DNA of 64,000 bases from positions 62,001 through 126,000 of the forward strand of contig LSRY02000019.1 in NCBI GenBank assembly GCA_001643675.2, read 5' to 3'. The stretch comes from Monocercomonoides exilis PA203 (Eukaryota > Protista > Preaxostyla). The position numbers were made by a program, and so were the translations under genes. Of the stretch, positions 57,864 through 64,000 are shown piece by piece; position 1 is the first letter of the stretch, and every line of letters starts with the position of its first letter. The notes below the pieces were generated by a model. It searched no databases, was not told the origin of the DNA, and was given only the letters and a program-made list of their open reading frames with translations.

Positions 57864-60800
57864 TTAGTTTTCCTTCTTCTTTTTGGCTTTTGCCGATGGG
57901 CATTCCTTCGATATATGCCCCACCATCCCGCACACAAAGCAAACTCTGGTGTCTTGAAAGTTGCACTCCTTTGAAGAATGCCCCATTCTCCCGCATCTGA
58001 AGCACGAATGCCTCGACACATCGAGATCCTTGTTGTGATGAGGGCAATTGATGAACATATGTCCTTTTTGACCACAATGATAGCATCTTTCTCCTTTCAC
58101 TTTTTCGTGTTGGGCAACAGACCCGCTTTTCATATCAGTCACCGAATCACCCTCCATATTTGACAGCAACTGCTTTTTCACTTCAGGCGCTTCAATCAGA
58201 AGAGGTTTAATGCTCTGTTTCAGTGGATTAGTAAAGGAGGAAATAGGCATCTCAATAGGAGCTTGCCATGAAGGTCGCAGTATTTCATTGCTTTTGTCGG
58301 GCAATGGAAGAATGGGTTGGTCTTGTTGAAGGGGCAGAACCCGTTGCCCAGGGATAGGCAAAATACCAGGAACGTTGAATGCGTTGACATCTTCTCTTCT
58401 TTTCCTGCTCAATTCAATTTCTTGTTCTATTCTTGGATATGTTTTTGCTTCATTTATTGGACTTTGTAAAGGTGGGAATAATGGAGCCACATCTGCCTTG
58501 TTAACAAATGGCTGCTTGATCTGTATTGTCCGGCCATGCGAATCAACAAAAGAAGGAAATGGCAACAAACCCTGCTGAACATAAGGCTGCTGTGGAATTG
58601 GATAAGAGGAGTTTGACAGTTGAGGCATTGGTGCAACTGGTGGCTTGCTGGTATTTTGTGCAGTCATCACAAAGCTTTGCTTGTCGACAGTCTGCTGATA
58701 AGGCATATTTTGAGGAACGGCATTCGATGCAGGTGAACGGTACATCAAAAGGCCAGATGCTTGAGCAGGATCTCGATATTGTTCGAAGCATACTTGAGGA
58801 GGATATTCTGAAGTGAAAGATGGCTGAACGCCATTTTTGTAAGGCATGCACTGCTGCATGGGCATCGCCATGGGCAACGGTGAAGACGACGCTGGGGACA
58901 GAATTATGGGAAGTGGAGTGTTTAATAGCGGCTGATCGGTCATTGTGAGAGAAGAGGCTGGCAGAAGCGGAGGAGAGAAAAAGGGACTGATTGCGAGCAT
59001 CCCAGGCTGTGAAGAAAGAGACGATGCTGAGAAGATCACAGGAGGAACAGAAGAATCTTGCAGAAGCGGGGCATTGCTACGCGAGTTAGCACGTTCGGGA
59101 TTTGTGTCCTGGCGACTGTTTGCGCTGCTTGAGAGAGGAGACGATGAAGGATCAATTACACGTGGTGGAACAACGATTGGTGCAGGAGGATAAACGGAAG
59201 AACGATTAACACCTTGATTAGCTGAATAAGTGGGTGCATTTGAGGTATTATGACTTAACTCTGGACGTGCCTGGGAATCAAAAGCAGAAATGCTATCATT
59301 TGTTCTGCTATTTAAACTAGAATCTATTGTCCGCTGATCCAAAGAGTTGGTTTGAACATTCTGTAAATCTTGAGTGCTGTGCAAAAATCTTTTTTGATTG
59401 TCACTCTCTCCAGATTTCAGATCCTTCTGAACTTTTTCAAGATTAACTTCTGAAGGAACTTGAATGAAAGTGGATTGTGTTGATGAATTGGATGTAATGT
59501 TTGATTTTTCTCCGTCTTTTGAGTTCATCAGCAGATTAACATCAGAACCAGTTTTTGAACTGATGTCAGCAGATCTGTTAGACCCCAATGCCATTTCCAA
59601 AGATGAGTTTGAGTTTGTTCGAGAATTATGCGACTGATTGGAAGCGGTTGAATCAGCTTTCCCAGTAAATTCCTTAGGACCACTGGGAGAAAGGCCAAGA
59701 TGAGTTGGTGCAGGAAGCAGTGGTCCGAGTGCTCGCTTAGGCAGTATTTCTCCATCCATTGTCACAATTATCGGCTGAGGATGAGTCAAAGGCATCGAAG
59801 TGAAGTTTGAAGAAAACGTGCTTATGTTGTTGGTACGAGAAGAGGAAGAATCTGAAGCATCTCTTGTGGACGTATTTAAGGTCTCTGAAAAGCTGTGCAT
59901 CGACGGAGGAGGAGAAGTGGAAGTGGAAGAGGAAGAAGAGGATCTTGGCGATGAGCAAGCGGATGACGTGCTTAAGGCAGATGTGGAGCTTGTATCAGAC
60001 AAAAACGAACTTGTTGAAAGTGAGGAAGAAGAAGTGAGTGAAGATGGAGTTTGGGAAGCTGACGAATCAGTTGAGACAGAAGAGGAAATGGAAGACGGAA
60101 AATGCATCTGCAAAGGAAAGCTTCTGCCTGTCGAATTCAAAGGATCGTGCGAATTCGACAGAGAAGAAGAGGTAGTTGGAGTGGCAAACGATTTTGAAGC
60201 ATCTTCAGAACTGGAAGAAGGTGCTGTGGATGTGTTTGCCAAAGATGACGGTGAATGAGCACCAGACCGAGTGTTCATAATTTGCTGTTCTTCTTTGTTG
60301 GCAGAGGGAGCAAAGATCGATGCTGTCTCGACAGTAAACATAGATGTGTTGCTTGTCTGGTTCGTGTACAAGAGAGAAGGCGGCTGCAGCGCAGAATAAT
60401 CAAACGAGGCGCCGTCGTGGTCGATTGTTGACTGAGTCCCTGTGTCTGAAAGATGAGTGGATGCAATCGAATTCACGCTGCGTCCTTCGACAACAGAGCA
60501 GCGTGGAGAAGAAGTTGAGAGCATCTCCTTTTTGTCAGTGGCCATGCTGTCAGAGTAAGTGGCGGAGGAGTTCTTTTCTTCGATCAAAGAAGAAGTGCTG
60601 GAGACATCTGATGTTTCCGCTTTTGAAGAAGTCTGCTGATAAAAGGGAAGAGAAGATGGCTGCTCTTCTGCTTGATTATTGTCTGCAGCATAACTTGCAC
60701 TGGAATGCTGCTCAAATCTGCTAAGATCTTCATCATCACGCTTTTCTTTCTCTTCTTTTTGAACTTGTTCTTCAGTAATGTTTTTTTGCTCTGGTGTTTC

Positions 60801-63800
60801 TTTTGTGTCATTTATGGAAAAGTTATTTGAAAGTACATCTTTTTCTCCGCTCAGCTGCTGAGTGACTAGTGGAATGTCATTGTTTAGAACCAAATCAACT
60901 CCAACGTTTATTTTTTCATCTGCAAAACGCAAATTATCGATCATTGAAAATTTTTCTGTTGATGTCTCACTTTTCTTCACAGAAGTAGCATTTCCTTCGT
61001 TTATGTTGTGTTGTTGTTCTGCTGATGAAGAAACTGATTGATTTTCGTCTAATTCTTGGTTCTTTTGAGAATTTGTCTGTGTATCAGTTTCTTTTGCGAT
61101 TGCTTTGTTCTCAGCTTCTCGTGAACTGTCCTTCTGAGAAGGCAATTCATTGCTAACTGTCTTTTCATTGGAAGGATATAGTGTTGAAGTGTTTAGTGCA
61201 CTTTGTAATGAATTGCCTGTAATTGCTGATGTTTGTTCATTCACATCCAATTTTGTGTTGGACGTTTGAGAAATCAGCTGCTCCTCTGGCAGCAGGTCAA
61301 GATGAACAGCCGCCACATTCAAATGCCCATCAACAGGAAGAGATTTCTTCTTCTTCTTCTTCTTCTTTTTTCTTGTCCCGTCCTCGTAAATAAACTCAAT
61401 CACTTCGTCGTCTTCTTCTCCTCCTTCTTCCCCGTCCTTCCTCTTCTTCTTCTTCTTCCTGACGATCCTGTGCACAGGCACATCTTCCCCTCTTTCTGTG
61501 ATGAGTGAGTGCATCAGGCTGCTTCCAATGCCATTTGCTTCGCTCAAACCAGCCGAGTGGCCAGAGACACGGCGATCAGACGACGTCTGCTGAAGGGCAA
61601 CAATTGAATGATCTGATTTTGCATTGGACTGGGAAGAGGAATGACTTCCTGTTATATCCTCATCTGAGATATGTGGCTGCATCTCTTTGTGCTCGGTGCG
61701 AAATAAAGCAGAGCTGTTTGATTGATCGTTGGATGTGTTTGAAGGATGGGCATTCATTTGCTTCAGAGCATTTGCATCATTAGTGTCATCAGGATGAGAA
61801 TATGTCTTCTTTTCATTGGGAGAGTGCTTGTTTGCCAGATACGATGCAGGTGAAAGAGATATAGAAGCACCAGACGTTGAAGGATAAGATTGAAGGGAGT
61901 TGTTCAGACTCGAATGTCCTGTCTCATCAGTCAGTGAAGATGGAGATGGGGCAAGCTGAGAGGTAAAACTCGACAGCGGAGAAGCAAAGTTCGAAGAACC
62001 AGAACCAGAAGAGGAAGAAGAAGAAGAGGAGGAGGAGGAAGAACCAGAAGCCAATGCAGACGAAGAAGAAGATGACAGAACAGAAGCAAGATTATCTGAC
62101 GAATACTGCACAGTTGTCTCATAAGACCCCCTCTGAAACTCGAGAAAGTCTGCTGAGCCAATTTGGCTTTCCTCCGAAAAATGCGACGATCCCATCGACT
62201 GCTGCTTGGAGGAGGACTTGAGCACATCTCCGCTGAACGGCGACTGGAACGAGCTGAAGGCGTCAACATGGTGCAGCGAAGGGGAGGAGAACCCAGACCC
62301 AACGAAGCTGTCCATGTCATTTGGCGAGGGAGACAGCAGCGCCTGTGCCGAGCGAGGGGACAGAGAGCCAGCAAATGACTGGGGAGAGCCAGCGGGGTAG
62401 GCAGAGCTGATGGCAGAGAACGGGAGAGCAAAGAGAGGAGAGGCGCCCATTGCAGAGTTGGAGGACTTTGCAATTGTCGCTGCTGTTTCAGAGAGATATT
62501 GCAGATCGTCTTCAGGCAGCATGTTTGTGTCGTCAGAGGGAAGAAGACTGAAACTCTCAGACGAATGGCGTTGGAGCTTGCGCGGATGATACGGCTCAGC
62601 TGTGAGAGAAAGGGAGAGGGAAGAGGTTGAGGAATTACGCAAAAGCTCCTTCGGTTTGGAGGAGTTGGAGGAGGATGAGGATGAGGTAGAGGAAGAGGCA
62701 GCAGTCTTGGAGCGCAGTTGGAGAGGGATGATTGTTGGTCGTGCATTCAGCAGAGAGGAGTCGGCAGAGCTGAGGCTGCTTGTGGTTGGCAACTGCACAT
62801 ACTCAGAAGGTGGGGAGGTGATTGAGCGTGGTGAGGAGACCAGCGAGGAAGGCGGTGAAGAGGCAGTTGATTGGTGCTCAGAAGGCTCAGAAAGAGTTGT
62901 GTGGTTCTCTTTGCTGTGCAGCTGATGTGTCTGCTGCAGCGTCTGTGGAACTGAAGTTGGCTGGGAGATCTTTTGGTAGGAGATTTGAGAGTTTATTCCT
63001 TGCAGACGCCGGATTGGGGGAGAGGAGTGAGGAGTTGTTGATTGCATGGAAGGAGAGAAGGAAGGGAAGTGCGGGTGGGAGGTATGGCGATGGGGCGATG
63101 TGAGAAACGGAGAGGAGGTTGGGAAAGAAGGAGAGGAAGAATTGGCAGAGGTGGAAGAGTTGGAGGAAACAGATGAAGGAATAGAAGAAGAAGAAGAAGA
63201 AGTAGAAGTAGAAGAAGATGATGATGATGACATCGACACAACCATTTTAGGATGGCTGCCTGAATGAGAAATGGACGAAATGGTAGAAATAGCTGGAACA
63301 GCTGTTGGAGTGGGAGCAAACAGGGAGGAAGGGAAGGAGAACGAGGCAGATTCCAGTGAATGTGCAGGAGAAGTGGTGGAAGCATACTGATCATGATAAG
63401 TGATGAAAAGGGGGGACTGACAGGAGGAAGGAGAAGAGGAGAAGGCAGGCGAGGCAGAAGGTGAAGAGGCTGTTCCATATGAAGTTATTGAAGTGAAAGA
63501 GGCAGCAGGAGAATGTGTTGTCTGAGAAGCAGAGTGGACAAGAACAGGAATGTCACAGGAGATAAGCGTGGACTTGACAATGGTGCTTGTGGGAGACAGA
63601 GACAATTCAGCAGTAGCAGAAGAAGAAGAAGTGAGAGATGCTGTTGAAAGTACCTTTGGTTGAACAGAAAAAGGATTGTGTGACAGTTTTTTCTTATCGG
63701 GTGAGTTTGTCGTGACATTTTGAATACCGCTTTTACTGTCGAATTGATGAGGGTGTGTTCTGCTGGGGAGGAGAGATGGGAATGAACTGAAGATTGGGCG

Positions 63801-64000
63801 ACTTTGAGGAGGAGATTGAGTCACAGAAGAAGATGGTGCAAGTGAAGTGACTGATGATGATGTCGAAATGGAAGAAAAAGATGATGAAGAAGAAGGCATC
63901 GCCGTCATCGATGCAGAAGGGAAGGAAGATGATGGAGTGGAACTGGAAGCAGCAGAAGAAGAGGAAGAATGCTCTGAATGAGGTGAGTCATCTGACGAAG
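57864..64000 (-). CDS. >2040-aa Ser-rich disordered protein with three C-terminal CCHC zinc knuckles; 5' end outside the window
   Basis: CYHCGQKGHMFINC, CFRCGRMGHSSKEC and CFVCGMVGHISKEC. The frame stays open upstream of 63908 to the window edge. Confidence 0.85.
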   Translation of the reverse strand, partial: SSDDSPHSEHSSSSSAASSSTPSSSFPSASMTAMPSSSSSFSSISTSSSVTSLAPSSSVTQSPPQSRPIFSSFPSLLPSRTHPHQFDSKSGIQNVTTNSPDKKKLSHNPFSVQPKVLSTASLTSSSSATAELSLSPTSTIVKSTLISCDIPVLVHSASQTTHSPAASFTSITSYGTASSPSASPAFSSSPSSCQSPLFITYHDQYASTTSPAHSLESASFSFPSSLFAPTPTAVPAISTISSISHSGSHPKMVVSMSSSSSSSTSTSSSSSSIPSSVSSNSSTSANSSSPSFPTSSPFLTSPHRHTSHPHFPSFSPSMQSTTPHSSPPIRRLQGINSQISYQKISQPTSVPQTLQQTHQLHSKENHTTLSEPSEHQSTASSPPSSLVSSPRSITSPPSEYVQLPTTSSLSSADSSLLNARPTIIPLQLRSKTAASSSTSSSSSSNSSKPKELLRNSSTSSLSLSLTAEPYHPRKLQRHSSESFSLLPSDDTNMLPEDDLQYLSETAATIAKSSNSAMGASPLFALPFSAISSAYPAGSPQSFAGSLSPRSAQALLSPSPNDMDSFVGSGFSSPSLHHVDAFSSFQSPFSGDVLKSSSKQQSMGSSHFSEESQIGSADFLEFQRGSYETTVQYSSDNLASVLSSSSSSALASGSSSSSSSSSSSSGSGSSNFASPLSSFTSQLAPSPSSLTDETGHSSLNNSLQSYPSTSGASISLSPASYLANKHSPNEKKTYSHPDDTNDANALKQMNAHPSNTSNDQSNSSALFRTEHKEMQPHISDEDITGSHSSSQSNAKSDHSIVALQQTSSDRRVSGHSAGLSEANGIGSSLMHSLITERGEDVPVHRIVRKKKKKRKDGEEGGEEDDEVIEFIYEDGTRKKKKKKKKKSLPVDGHLNVAAVHLDLLPEEQLISQTSNTKLDVNEQTSAITGNSLQSALNTSTLYPSNEKTVSNELPSQKDSSREAENKAIAKETDTQTNSQKNQELDENQSVSSSAEQQHNINEGNATSVKKSETSTEKFSMIDNLRFADEKINVGVDLVLNNDIPLVTQQLSGEKDVLSNNFSINDTKETPEQKNITEEQVQKEEKEKRDDEDLSRFEQHSSASYAADNNQAEEQPSSLPFYQQTSSKAETSDVSSTSSLIEEKNSSATYSDSMATDKKEMLSTSSPRCSVVEGRSVNSIASTHLSDTGTQSTIDHDGASFDYSALQPPSLLYTNQTSNTSMFTVETASIFAPSANKEEQQIMNTRSGAHSPSSLANTSTAPSSSSEDASKSFATPTTSSSLSNSHDPLNSTGRSFPLQMHFPSSISSSVSTDSSASQTPSSLTSSSSLSTSSFLSDTSSTSALSTSSACSSPRSSSSSSTSTSPPPSMHSFSETLNTSTRDASDSSSSRTNNISTFSSNFTSMPLTHPQPIIVTMDGEILPKRALGPLLPAPTHLGLSPSGPKEFTGKADSTASNQSHNSRTNSNSSLEMALGSNRSADISSKTGSDVNLLMNSKDGEKSNITSNSSTQSTFIQVPSEVNLEKVQKDLKSGESDNQKRFLHSTQDLQNVQTNSLDQRTIDSSLNSRTNDSISAFDSQARPELSHNTSNAPTYSANQGVNRSSVYPPAPIVVPPRVIDPSSSPLSSSANSRQDTNPERANSRSNAPLLQDSSVPPVIFSASSLSSQPGMLAISPFFSPPLLPASSLTMTDQPLLNTPLPIILSPASSSPLPMAMPMQQCMPYKNGVQPSFTSEYPPQVCFEQYRDPAQASGLLMYRSPASNAVPQNMPYQQTVDKQSFVMTAQNTSKPPVAPMPQLSNSSYPIPQQPYVQQGLLPFPSFVDSHGRTIQIKQPFVNKADVAPLFPPLQSPINEAKTYPRIEQEIELSRKRREDVNAFNVPGILPIPGQRVLPLQQDQPILPLPDKSNEILRPSWQAPIEMPISSFTNPLKQSIKPLLIEAPEVKKQLLSNMEGDSVTDMKSGSVAQHEKVKGERCYHCGQKGHMFINCPHHNKDLDVSRHSCFRCGRMGHSSKECNFQDTRVCFVCGMVGHISKECPSAKAKKKKEN

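Noticed and set aside
1-64000. CRISPR arrays, rRNA, tRNA, prokaryotic operons, alternative genetic code
   Set aside because: No spaced direct-repeat array or structural RNA was recognised. Genes contain spliceosomal introns, and TAA and TGA end conserved proteins at the expected positions.

Overview
Eukaryotic, intron-containing, gene-dense protist DNA in the standard genetic code. It has AT-rich intergenic spacers, short GT-AG introns and very large Ser-rich low-complexity proteins. The style suggests an oxymonad/metamonad such as Monocercomonoides (inference only). About 16 protein genes were reconstructed by hand: a >1300-aa beta-helix-type surface protein running off the left edge, a GPR107/TMEM87-like 7TM protein, a ~2300-aa protein with colinear motif matches to the PI3K-gamma adaptor p101/p84 (PIK3R5/6), a secreted Gly/Cys-rich protein, a SAXO-like protein, a PZP (PHD-Zn knuckle-ePHD) protein with AT-hooks, a kinase C-lobe-only pseudokinase, a three-repeat stathmin-like protein, a membrane-anchored phospholipase-B-like protein lacking the catalytic Cys, a SPIDR-like protein, a divergent histone H3, a metallophosphoesterase, a ~3000-aa DUSP-USP deubiquitinase, a CCHC-knuckle protein running off the right edge, and two orphans. 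Non-genic features are a decayed DD35D pogo/Fot-like transposon bounded by TIRs and a TA target duplication, two degenerate fold-back elements and a perfect 50-bp-arm hairpin. The best lead is the p101/p84-like gene, which sits head-to-head with the 7TM gene. All family assignments come from motif recognition from memory; no searches were run, and exon boundaries are hand-inferred.
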